Positions 23,280 through 35,325 of a stretch of DNA of 64,000 nt are shown piece by piece. Source of the DNA: Octopus vulgaris (Eukaryota); contig OX597814.1 of assembly GCA_951406725.2 (NCBI GenBank), forward strand, positions 67,208,001-67,272,000, read 5' to 3'. The notes below the pieces were generated by a model. It saw nothing but the letters and a program-made list of their open reading frames with translations. It searched no databases and had not been told where the DNA came from. Made by a program: the position numbers and the translations under genes. Each line of letters opens with the position of its first letter. The stretch's first letter is position 1.

Positions 23280-24060
23280 ACGCTGTTACATCTGACAGAG
23301 AAATAGCAGCCAAAATAAGTTACATTGACTAGACGCTGGTCATTCGACCACTACAAACTGCTGAATCTAACAGTGAAAGAGCCGCTCAACCACTTCGAAA
23401 CGTTAACGCTCGATGAAAATACAAATATTTCAGACTTACAATTTCTCACCACTCAACCACCGCCACCACCACTAAGGTACCTCAAAAATATACGAGCTCG
23501 ACATTGGTCCCATTAACATTACTACTCGGCAGTTACCAAATACGACAATGGCGACCTTTGAGACGAATTACTTTTGGTCATTTCCATTCAGAAATATCTA
23601 GCTGGAGTCGTTTACAAACCTGTCTTATTTTCTTCGCAAATTTTCAGCGAGGAACACAACGCGTGCAAAGTGATGACCCGCCAGACAACCAAGGCGCGAG
23701 AAGCCGACATTTTTCTTCTTCTTTACTATTGCATCCCCCACTGCGTGAAGCAACGACTCAAGGACCACTATTGACTCGACAAAGTAATCAAATCTGCACG
23801 TCAATGCCAAGAAAATTCTCTTCTTCCCAACCCACAAACGGCCAGTATTTTTTTTTTATCTTTCTATATCTTTTCCTCTGACCGCTACAATTTTCTGTTC
23901 AGAAAAAAAAAAAAACAAAAGAAAAGAAAAAGGAAAAACCCCGAAAAATAACGACTCCGCATCTGTCCAAAGTTTGAAGTTCGATCATTTTCAGAATATT
24001 CAGCCAATCAGAAAACAATGCGTTCGCTGCCTCTTCCATCATCAGGGTGTGGGCCATCGG
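23280..24060 (-). promoter_or_regulatory. Candidate promoter or non-coding exon of an unidentified host gene
   Basis: Locally CpG-rich sequence with no recognisable repeat. CCAAT box CAGCCAATCAG at 24001. Minus-strand polypyrimidine tract plus CAG (~23940-23895) and a GTAAGT donor at 23439-23434. No convincing CDS. Confidence 0.3.
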
Positions 24061-24410
24061 CATGTCAAAACATTAAACTAGCTACAGTAAACAAACCAAC
24101 AGGAGTTACCTGAAATAATAGTCAAAATATTGTTTAAAACAGACATTTATTAGTTTAAAAAATCCAAGAAAGAAAGTTTGCAGCACACTCTAGAATTTTA
24201 TAAAATAAATCATCTTTCTCATATCTTCTCCACATAAATTCACAAAGGTAAGAACGGAGGGAACGGTGTGTCCCACTTTGGCATTTGTTTCCTACACTCC
24301 TTGTGTGCAAGCACAATATTTTTGGTTACTATGGAAACAGATGTGTAAAATACTCGCTTCTGATTGGCTAAAATACCCAAATTTGGCAAATTTTAAAGGC
24401 TAATAAAGGG

Positions 24411-24708
24411 CACCCGCCCTATTCGCCTGATTTAGCAGCTCCGGACTTCCATCTCTTCCCCAAAATGAAAATGCAGCTCAAATGTTGCCGTTTTAACACC
24501 ATTGTCGAGATCCAGAGCAAATCGCGGAAGGTCCTCGACTCGCTTACTGAAAACGACTTCTAGGCCGGATTCCAATAGTGGCAAGAACATTGGGACCGAT
24601 GTATTACTGCGCAATGTGACTATTTTGTAAGAGATGATTTCAAAACTTAAGTAAATATTATTTTTTATTAAACATAACTAGTCAGGAAACCTTTTGATAC
24701 CACCTCGT
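24411..24708 (+). mobile_element. Mariner transposase C-terminal fragment with right end
   Basis: Translates HPPYSPDLAAPDFHLFPKMKMQLK.CRF...W.EHWDRCI, with stops. Ends in a mariner-like terminus CTTTTGATACCACCTCGT. Confidence 0.85.
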
Positions 24709-25275
24709 CAAAGAAGTCTTTATGACAAGGTTAATAGCGGTGGGAGAAGAGGAAGAGATTAGTGTCTTAATGATTGTACAGAATGATAACCTTTAGTTCT
24801 AGAGTGTGTAATCATGTGATAGAAATCCCTATTGCCAAAATTCTGGGGAGTTTCCTCCTGTTAGAGGTCAATTCGTCTAACAACAATAGCTGCGCCCTTT
24901 TTTGATGATTTGTGACATAGCTTTGGTTTCATAGATTACCGGAGTACCTGGAGTCCACAAATGGTGATTTTTATGCCTCTGAATTCTAAATGAAATTTGA
25001 CAGGTATATTTACTTCGATGCTATTCTGACAGTAATAATATACAATGAAGCAGTTTGGCATTATCAGATGACATGATCGATTTAGTATAGCAGTCAGGCA
25101 CTTTTCTCGAATTTATATTTATCCACTTAAATAAATTACTATTTTGGACCGTTTAGTCCCGCTTTCGTTTAACACGGCCTTCCTGTCAGCTGTTGCTCTC
25201 TAAAGCACATTTCAGTAATTGGTTTTTCGAAACACAAATCACAAAACAGCACCTGTTTAATTTCTCCTCAATATT

Positions 25276-25860
25276 CTTTTCTACTCTATGCACAAGGCCC
25301 GAAATTTTGGGGGAGGAGGGAAGTTGATTAGATCGACCCCAGTACACAACAGGTACTTAATTTATCGACCCCGAAAATATGAAAAGGCAAAGTCGATCTC
25401 GGTAGAATTTGAACTCAGAACGTAAAGACAGACGAAATACCGACGAAATACCTATTTCTTTACTACCCACAAGGGGCTAAACACAGAGTGGACAAACAAG
25501 GACAGTCAAACGGATTAAGTCGATTACATCGACCCCAGTGCATAACTGGTACTTATTTAATCGACCCCGAAAGGATGAAAGGCAAAGTCGACCTCGGTGG
25601 AATTTGAACTCAGACAGTAGCGGCAGACGAAATACCTATTTCTTTACTAGCCACAAGGGGCTAAACGCAGAGAGGACAAACAAACGGATTAAGTCGATTA
25701 TATCGACCCCAGTGCGTAACTGGTACTTAATCTATCGACCCCGAAAGGATGAAAGGCAAAGTCGACCTCAGTGGAATTTGAACTCAGAACGTAACGGCAG
25801 ACGAAATACCGCTAAGCATTTCGCCCGGAGTGCTAACGTTTCTGCCAGCTCGCCGCTTTA
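25276..25860 (-). mobile_element. Trimeric tRNA-derived SINE with a MetaSINE-like core and 17-bp TSD
   Basis: Head GCGGCGAGCTGGCAGAAACG; B box GAGTTCAAATT three times; core GCCTTTCATCCTTTCGGGGTCGAT three times (third copy decayed). TSD AATTTCTCCTCAATATT at 25259-25275 and 25861-25877. Confidence 0.85.
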
Positions 25861-28800
25861 AATTTCTCCTCAATATTGGATAATATGAAGGCATGTATGG
25901 TTCTAGCCACCACGAAATTGATGGGATCCAACTTGAACAAAATTACCATCCTTCGATTGTAAGGCCTGCATGCTGTATTACATAGAATTCCTTAATTCTT
26001 ATGGACTGTAGCGTGTGATATAATATTCTTTAAATTTCTATATCTAATTTATAACTATTGAGAATAATGCAAACAGAGCAGTTGTAAGCTTTTTTGCTGA
26101 TAAGCGTGACAGCTGTATATCGTCCTGCCCATGGTTTTATATTACAATCTAAATAAATCAACAAATATGTTGACAAGTTCAGTGCGATGAGTAAACCCCT
26201 ATTATTCCAAACAGCCATTGTAAACATAGGACAAAGGCTCTATTACACATGTGAAAAAAGTGAAGACTACATTAGCCACGTAAACCAATTCATTATGTGA
26301 AAAGAAATAATGTCTGGTTACACAATAGCATATAATGAAGATGGGTAATAAGGAAGATGTGGAAATGATATACGACTTGAGATGAAATGAACTGGTAAGC
26401 GACGATTTAGTCTCTATTATAAAATACAACGATTGCCATGCATGAAATAAAATAACATAACAGGTTACAACGAAGATGTGTGAAAGACTTCGTAGTTAGG
26501 TTGGACTGTTGATCTTGTAGACAAAGTTGACGTACTGTTTGGTGGTGTGTAGAGGTAGCCGTTGGTCTATTAGTCGTTTAGTGTTCATACAGCAATGATG
26601 TAGGCATGCGTCTGGTGGAGAAGATGAAACTGGAGACTGGCTGATATCAGATACACCGTTGCCGGATGCAAGTTGCGTGTGGTTAATGGCGTGGCCCAAA
26701 GACCTAGAGCAGTCGAGTACTGTCGTTCTTATAGAGATCACTAGGCTCCCCAGAGCTGGTGATTAATTTCTCGCGTAAGGAAAAACGAATTGTTGCGCCA
26801 ACACGATTGGACGGCTGGAAACCGACTAATGCAAACAAAAATTTCAGCTAATCACAGAGTCATGTGATCTGCTGGAATGAAAGGCTTTGTGGAGCCGATA
26901 TCCGGGTATTTAAGCCTAGATAATCCATAACCAAAACATCTCGTACATAAAGACAGTGTAAATCACTTCTGCTACAAGCATTTACGATCATTAATCGGAT
27001 GGACAGGAGTTTATATATGGCCTCAGGTTTTGTGATGCTAAAGGGCAATGTAAAATGCTCAGTTGTAGCTAAAATAATACTTATGACCACCTCTGTGAGT
27101 ACCAGATATGCGATATTTCAATTAGTGTTGCCGAACTTTTACTAGCAGCTAGGCGATGTTGAGGGTATTCTCTTAATTCCACATAAACAAACAATCGGCT
27201 TTTTGGATAAGCCAGCTTGAAATGAGAAACCAAATCTTTTCAAATCACATTGTGGGTTTTTAAAAAGGAAGGGTCATTGACCAATGCAGTCCTAGATAAA
27301 ATTAGATAGTTGGGTGTTCATGGCTAGAATGCCTTTAGTCATAGTTCTGCTTAATCAAGGGACACTTAGGACTAGACCACATCGAGTTCGAGAGTGCACA
27401 GATCTTTGCGATTCCTGGCATATCTATCAATTATCTGCAACTATACGATATACATCTTTTCCGGGTCACAAATGTTATACCAACCGGGTTAGGGAGTTAG
27501 TTAAACGAAAACTGAAGGGCGTGATTGCCAACTGGCCAGTGGTGGGAATGAAGACCGGGCGATAGCGAAAATATATTGAGAGCAAACAAGTGAATAAATT
27601 GTGAGAGTTAATTTAGAATGACATCGCAACCGACAAGCTAGCGGTGAGAATGATTTTCGAACACTTTTTCAACATGACACATGATGGTTATGCTGCCAGA
27701 GCAAACGCGCGTGCTCTAAAAATACAAAAGAATAAAAGTCCTTTGGAAGGTTTGGGTGACGAAAGCGCAACGTAGAAATAATTCACAATTCGGTCTCAGT
27801 AGGACAAAAACTGATGCATGTAGTACATTTCCAAGCAGATGTGTGCGGCTTTCTACCAGCACTTGTACACGATTTTCTGTGCAGGAAATGGGTTTGAGAT
27901 GGTATTGAATTTAGTATCTCGATGACCTGTTGCAGCTCTCGATAGTCAATCACAATCCATCACAAAGACGCACAAAAGAAGGTAACTTATAGTAACTTAC
28001 TTGTGCTCTGCTAAGGCATATTCTAAATTACGCCAGAGGACTATTAGACACAGGTGGCTTGGTTTAATTTCGCTTCTTCAGTGACAGACACCACCTGGAC
28101 CATTAGAGTACGCTATTTCTAGTGCATAGATTGATGTTAATATCAGTTTCGTTCACTTAGGCAGAAGCGTTGTTTGCTAATTTCTTTATAGAAACACAAA
28201 TTTATAGCCAAAAGACAAAGGTGCTATCTATCACTGAAAAGACAAAATTAAACTGAAACACTGCTATCTAACGTCACTTGGGAAATGCTGTATTTTTAAC
28301 GCACAACGTTTCTAAGAATGTTTTCCATGATAAAATACTGCAGCGAGTGCCATGTGATATTCGAGTAAACAAACGTGTAACTAAGGAACATCGTTATTTT
28401 GACCACCGATACTTTGTGCGCATATACCAATTGAATTCCTGTCTAGCAGGTCTTATGACTTCTATATAGAAATAGAAGTTATTAGCTAGCTGCAAAGAGT
28501 TGATGCATTGTTTATAGATAAAGAGATGAAATTAAGTCGAAACTTGGGTGTCTGATAGTTCGATGACGTCATTTGAAGTATATTGTGGGATTTAATACAG
28601 AAATCTCTTGTGAGAAATAATTTTCTGATGCAAAATCCCGCATCAGGTGCCGTTCCATGCTCAACTGGATAAATGTGTGCTACAAATACATAGACACACA
28701 CACACATACGCGCACGCACGCACGTGTGTGTTGCGATTTTTAACTCGTCGCATTATATCTCATACTGCGCCTTTCACTCCTTCCTTTGTTTTTGTATATC

Positions 28801-28889
28801 GTGCCTCAAATCACACAGCTTTGTAAACACCCTATTTAACGTTCTTTGCATTTTCAAGTATCATCGAGCCCTTATGTATAATAAAGAAA

Positions 28890-28891
<2 letters not shown>

Positions 28892-28954
<63 letters not shown>
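28892..28954. repeat. (ATT)n microsatellite abutting the Dong-like 3' end
   Basis: Perfect trinucleotide run. Confidence 0.95.
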
Positions 28955-28955
<1 letters not shown>

Positions 28956-31900
28956 TATGTTTGACTTTTCCTTTATATTTGTACAAGTTGGCTCCAAGTC
29001 TCACCCAGAGACCTCAAGAGACAACAGGTTGGAAGTTCATGTTGTTGTTATGCCTAGTGTGCCATATATTGGGGGGGAGGGGTGAGTTTTGGTGTTGTAC
29101 TAATGAATGTCTAAAAAAAAAATTTTTTTAAAAACCGAAAATTATGTTTGTTTTAAACCATGAGATTACATAGAAAGTATTTTGCGTAGGATATGAGCAG
29201 TTCCCATGAGCACTATCTTTTGAATTTCTGCCATTTTTGGGTTTCCTGGTATCTGAGTTAGGTAGCTATCAGCCCCTTTTGCTATCATTCCCAGGGCACC
29301 TATGACAACAGGTATTGTTTTAGTCTTCAGCTTCCACATTTTGCTGATTTCTATTTCAAGATCTTTATATTTGCTCAGTTTTTGGTAGGTCTTGACAGAT
29401 ACGTTTATATCGATTGGGACAGTCATATCAATGAGGAGGCATGCTCTTTGTTTGAAGTCTTTCAATATGATGTCTGGCCTATTTGCATCTATCTTTCTGT
29501 CACTTTGAATGGTGAAGTTCCAGAGGAGTGAGATGAGGTCATTTTCAAGCACTGGGGGTGGTTTGTGTTCCCACCAGTTTTTTTCATGGGGCAAATCCAG
29601 GTTTTTGCAGATTACCCAGTGAATATATTGTGCAGCTCTATCGTGTCTGTTGAGATACTCTGTAGGCGCTAGAAGACTGCACTTGGAGACCACATGGTCA
29701 ATGGTTTCATTTTGTTGCTGGCATACACGACACGTTGGACTGCTTCCGATCTTTAATATGTTGGCCTGGTAGTTTCTTGTTGGTAGGCATTGATCTTGAG
29801 CTGCTATGATAAACCCCTCTGTTTCAGATTTTAAGCCAGAGTCCATTAGCCATTGATGGGTCAGGGCTTTGTCAACATCTGCATTATTTGCTCTCTTTGG
29901 GTATTTGCCATAGAGAGGTTTTTCTTGACATTTATCATTCAGAATATCTAAGGCCGCAGATTTAGCACGGGTTTTCATGCGCTTAGCTTTTTCTGTGCCT
30001 GTTTCTTGTATGTCTATCTCTAATTCCGAAATTTGTTGTATTCGGAATTCACTTAGATATTCCTTTGCCTGTTTTGTTACTGAATATGATGCTTTCTTGT
30101 TTTCATGTTTTGAGACAAGTTTTAACATCCAGTCCTCAGAGTTTTTCAGGTAGGTGTCTAGGCCAATTGTAGCAATCTTCATTGTTATTGCCAGTTGTAA
30201 AAGTCCACGGCCTCCCTCTTTTCTTGGCAGATAAATCGTTCTGTATCTGCCTTAGGGTGGTGCATTCTATGCATTGTCAACAGTTTTCGTATTTTTCTGT
30301 CAAGATTACATATTTCAGTAATTGACCAGTTAACGATATTGAAACTGTAAGTCACAACTGGTATGGCTAATGCATTGATCGATCCTGTTTCTCGCATTCA
30401 GCTCTGTCTTGAGTATTGCTCTTACTCTGCGATAACATTCTCTCCTGATCCTTTCCTTCATCTCTGAATGCCTTATTCCTTCTCCTTCAAATACCCCTAG
30501 ATACTTGTAGTTCTCTGCTGGGTCTAATTCTTTTATGACATTCTGCTGGTCAAGGTTAACGTTAGATGCTTCTGTCATTTTTCCTTTGATAAAGGTAGCT
30601 TTTGCACACTTATCGAGGCCAAATTGCATTCTGATGTCATCACTGAATTGTTTGACAATCGCTAGTAAGCCCTTGAGTTGTTGGTCATTTTTTGCAAAGA
30701 GCTTTAAATCATCCATGTAAATGAGATGATTTATATTTTTATCAAACATTTTATATCCGTACTGCGCGTAATTGAGCAGTTTTGAGAGAGGTATTAAGGC
30801 TAAACAGAAGGTGATAGTGAGTCACCCTGGAAAATGCCACACGAAATTTTTACATCACCAGCATTTAGAGATTCATTGTCACTGTTCAAAGTTAGAGTGG
30901 TTCTCCATGATCTCATACTTACAGACAAAAAGTTTCGCAGAGCAGGTGCTATCTTATACATTTCTAGGCATTTCTTAATCCAGCTATGTGGTAGGCTATC
31001 AAAAGCCTTTTTATAGTCTATCCAGGCTATTGATAAGTTTTTGTGTCGTTTGTGACAATCTTCTAAGATCATCTTATTGATGAGTAGTTGATCTCATTAG
31101 GGAATATGCTGCTGTCTGTCAAAAAACTATAGGTATATTCCGTCAGGACAGATGTTAGTGTTTTATACATAGTTGTTAAGCAGGTCTATAGTTTTTTGGT
31201 TCATTTGTTTCTTCACTTTTTGGAAGCAGGAATGTTAACCCATTAACTAGCCAAGGAGGCATCCTACTAGGGTGTTGCAAAACATCATTTTAAAGTTCTG
31301 TTAGCAGTTCATGACTCTCTGGAAAGGCATTCAACCAAAAGTTAGGGATTTTATCCTTTCCTGGAGACTTCCATTTGCTTGACCTCCTGAGTGCAGATCT
31401 TATATCTTCTACCTTGACACCCTCCCACTTTTGCTCTTCTAAGGAGTCCAGTTCTTTAGATATTCTATCAATCCAGGGGGCCTTTTCGCTGTGTGTTTTT
31501 TCTTCTGCCCAAATTTTATTCCCAAATCCCTGCACTTCTTTTGATGGTACAGACTTTACAGTAACTGTTGTTTTTCCTATCTTCCTGTAAAAATTTTTGG
31601 GGTTATTTTTGAACATGTTGTTGTCCCTGAAGAATCTAACACGCTTTTCATACCTCGCTATGCGGGCAGCTTTAGCAGATACCTTTTGCTTGATGGTTTC
31701 TATGGTGGCATCAATATCAAGTATAGTTTTCATATTATATTTTTTCATTAGTTTTTGGGTTTTTGTAGGTTTGGTAGTCTTATGAACCTTAAGGTTTTTC
31801 AAATATTCAATGTCAGATCTAAATAGTTTAATTTGTTGTTGCAAACGCTCTTGCCAAGAAGGCTTTTTGTGGAAATGTTGCCGTTTTCTAATCTTTTCAC

Positions 31901-32945
31901 CACATTGCATCGTTGAGATTTTCGCGGATGCATAGTATAAGTGGTTAAGATCTGTGATATCAACATCATTAGCTGAAATTATATCCTTAAGTGCAAGCCG
32001 GGTTTTACCAATTGTTTTCATGTTTTGGTTAGAGTTGCGGATTTTAGGGAGTGTATCACGTTCATCCATACTGGTTTCTTTAATTTTCAGCCATTCAATC
32101 ATGATTTGCCTTTTTAGCTCATGTAGTTCTGTCGGGTCAATATTTGTGTGACTTTCTTCATCTATTTGATGTTCATCTGTCTTAGTGTTTATATTTGGTT
32201 CAGGGAGTATTTCACTTTGCCTATCACTTATACTAACTCTTTCAATCCTTACTTCGTTTTTATTAGCTCTGAGCTGGTCTATAATTATTTCCTCTGTATT
32301 ATCTTCTCTAGCTGCAGCTTCGTTCATTCTATCCGTTACTGCTTGTCTAATTTGATCAATCTCTACTTCAGTCAGTAATTTTTTTTATAATGTTTCTTCT
32401 GACGTTGGCAAGTTTGTTACTGTCTATGTAGGGTCTTACTTCAGGGTGTTTCTGTCTCCAGTTTATGTAGGTTTGTATAGTGTTCGATTTATCTGTGGGG
32501 AAATATATGGCATGGTAGAAGGCCTCAAGAACTTCTTTATTATCTTCCCTAGTCCATTTTTCCTTCTTTTTCTTTTGAGTGTTTGGTGACGAGCATGGAT
32601 GGCCATCTGTTGGAATATTCCAGTTGCGGGGTACGTCCAGCTCCTGTGTGTCGGGAAGATTTGATCCAGTAGCTGATTTTTCAATCAGACTTTGGTTCAA
32701 TTTTCGGGTACGTGGTCTTTTGTAGTCCGCTCGCCGACCATCGCGGATTGTAGGTTGTTTTGTTGACATTGAAGCATAACGAGCTTCGACTCTTACATTA
32801 AGAGACGGATCTGTCAGTTTAGGATTCTCTGCACGTAATCATTGTTCGTAGCGCAGCTTCTTAAGGCTAGCAGATCTGTATTCGTCTGTATTTTTTTTGT
32901 TGATAGTTTTATCTCCGGGCATAGTTTTCCCTTCTTCTTTTTATT
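28955..32945 (-). mobile_element. R4/Dong-clade non-LTR retrotransposon with restriction-like endonuclease, near full length, inactivated
   Basis: N-terminal KWTREDNKEV, KPSWQERL, WKSPG.DKI, WIDYKKAFDS, GIFQGDSLSP, YMDD, CCHC (CRVC..ETIDHVVSKC), RHD and RPDII...LIDMTVP...KLSKY. The 3' end runs into (TAA)n. The 5' boundary is approximate. Confidence 0.9.
29166..32769 (-). pseudogene. Single RT-RLE ORF broken by frameshifts, stops and small deletions
   Basis: Collinear ORF pieces 32368-32769, 31290-32327, 30800-31072, 30330-30749, 30185-30397 and 29166-30182. Confidence 0.88.
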
Positions 32946-33056
32946 TATTTATTCACTTTCTTTTAAACTTATGAAAGATTCACTCTGCCTGTATTAGTTC
33001 GAAAAAATGAGAATAAAATATGAGAAAAAAACACAACAAAAAACAAAAATAAGAAT

Positions 33057-33070
33057 TATCATCATCACCG

Positions 33071-33136
<66 letters not shown>

Positions 33137-33137
33137 A
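33057..33137. repeat. (ATC)n microsatellite
   Basis: Direct inspection. Confidence 0.95.
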
Positions 33138-33936
33138 TGACATTGTTTTATGTGTAGTCACAGCGGTAGCTTATTATTATTATTATTCTTATTCCCATCA
33201 CCATCACCATCGCCACGGTAAAGTGGTCATGTTCTATAAATAGATTCATCAGATGGTGGGCAAAGGACATTTTGGGTCAGGGAGAGGTCAAACCTGTTTA
33301 CTAGTACCAGCGTTATCTTGAAAAGCAATCCAGCTATATATATATACCCATACACATATGTATATGTATATTCACACACGCATATTTTCTGATATTCACT
33401 CGATGATTTTGTGTTGAGTTCAATTGTGTTGTTGCAATAAAAGTTTACGTGTTTACGTGTTTGGGTAATATATTAAAGTTTTTAAGTATTCTTGAGATGT
33501 CCATTTGGAAAAAAAAAAAAAGATTTTTGCAAAGGGAAGAATGTTTACATTTTCGAATGCTCAGAAAAGGAAATGCTCAGAAATTTTTCTTTTCTTTTTA
33601 AAAGTTATGCTGTGGTTTACAGTTTTTGTAGTTGTGCAGTGTATATATATTGGCATACGCTTACTTCCATAGTTTTTTTTATCGTGCATTTAATTGTGTT
33701 GTTACAATAAAAGGCAGACTGTTCACACAAAATTGGAGATATTCATGATTCTAAATTCTTTGTTAGGTGTTCGCTTGTATGTGCAAAGCTGTAGATATGT
33801 AAGTTCCTTAGCTTATTTTGAGGGAAATTCAAATTACTCACAGAAAACAGTAGATCTTCCAGTTTTTCTGTTGTCACGCAGGGTTGGTCAGAGCAGCGAA
33901 AAACACGTCCAGTTTCTATCACGTCCAGCCGCCTTT

Positions 33937-33953
33937 TTCTTCTTCTTCTTCTT

Positions 33954-34037
<84 letters not shown>
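33937..34037. repeat. Compound (TTC)n(TTA)n microsatellite, left flank of the Tx1 array
   Basis: Direct inspection. Confidence 0.95.
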
Positions 34038-34038
<1 letters not shown>

Positions 34039-34256
34039 CTTCCGACGCCGATGGACGTACGTGAATCAGCTCCGTGAATTTGACACCAATTTCATTGGAA
34101 ATCATTTGATAGGTTTGAATATTTTTTAATATTTTTGTGGCCAAACCGACCGGCTTCTTGCGGAGCTCGTCGGTTGGGCGAAATTTTGCCCCATTCGGGG
34201 TGAAATTACTGTCTATCCTTTTGAAATTGACATTTTTTGCACACACACATTACAAA

Positions 34257-35294
34257 ATGGCACTGAAACGAGCTGCTGGCTCTTCCCTCCTTCTTGCAAC
34301 ACCCCCCTACAAGAACAAAAAAAAATAACGTCACGGGTTACGTACAACCCATTTCAGGCCGTAAAAGGCAACAAAGCTCCTCCTTCCGAACCGGAGAGCA
34401 CGCGCTCGGTTCAAAAGGAGAATGCAAGCGAGGACGTCGCGTTCGACGTCACTCTTGATTTTCCCCCTCTGCCTGCACCCAATGCTTTGGTACGGAAGGA
34501 GGAGGAAAAAAAAACAAATACAAAAATCATAACAAACATTGACACGGAGATAAAAGAAAAAACTTCCATCAATTTTGCTTCTGCTGCGAAGCAAATTTCG
34601 GAGGAAGTTAAAATAACTCTAGAAGATGTGAAAAGAGCGAAGGAGTTGTTGAGGAAGGATGGCAATGGCATCTTCCTCAATACTCCACAAGAGGTGATTG
34701 AAAGCACCAACAAAAAAACAATCATTTACAAAGTTTTCGACAGAAAACTAAAAAGAATAACAAATGCCACACCCCAACAGTTGGAGATAGCTCTAAAGCC
34801 CATTTGGGCCCAAAAGAGCTACGTAACCAAGGGGAAGCGTTTTGGAACCGTGGAGGTTCGCTTCCCAACAGAGGAGCTTGCAAGGGCGAACGCCATTTCG
34901 CCCTTGCAAACTGAGAATTTGTTACTAGTTCCGACCCACCTCGGGCGAAGAGTAACAAAAATAAAAATCGACCTCGCACCCCCTGAGCTAGATATGTCAT
35001 GGCTGGTGGCAGCTGTCCTCTATGATATAGAGGACACTACCACCATTCTAGATGTCAGGAGAGTGAGGGCGAAAAACTGGTTGGGGATGGGAGTGCTGCT
35101 TCTTGCGCAAATTCAGCAAGAGAATATAAGTAAAGTCCCTGATTTCGTAAGTTTGCCGGACGGCACCAGGCTAAACGTTGCTGTGGAGGGGCGAAAGCCA
35201 AAATGTTTCCTCTGCAGCAGCGAAAGCCACTTAAAGAGGGACTGTCCCATTCACAAAAAGAGGATGGAGGCTTTCAGCAAGAGGTAGCAGCAGC

Positions 35295-35325
<31 letters not shown>

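Noticed and set aside
25276-25860. CRISPR-like repeat/spacer pattern (also the GTGCCGGTGGCAC units in RTE tails)
   Set aside because: Eukaryotic SINE and LINE subrepeats; the intervening sequences are homologous, not unique spacers, and there are no cas genes.
26450-28200. CpG-containing stretch that might be a transposon fossil or exons
   Set aside because: No recognisable protein motif, termini or consistent splice pattern.
32770-32945. HDV-like ribozyme at the Dong-like 5' end
   Set aside because: Only small hairpins were found (CTCTTA/TAAGAG, GAAGC/GCTTC); the nested double pseudoknot could not be assembled by eye.
33694-34246. ORFs with polyI/R/F/L/S/Y tracts (also 28724-29131, 33007-33243, 63657-63983)
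   Set aside because: They are translations of microsatellites.
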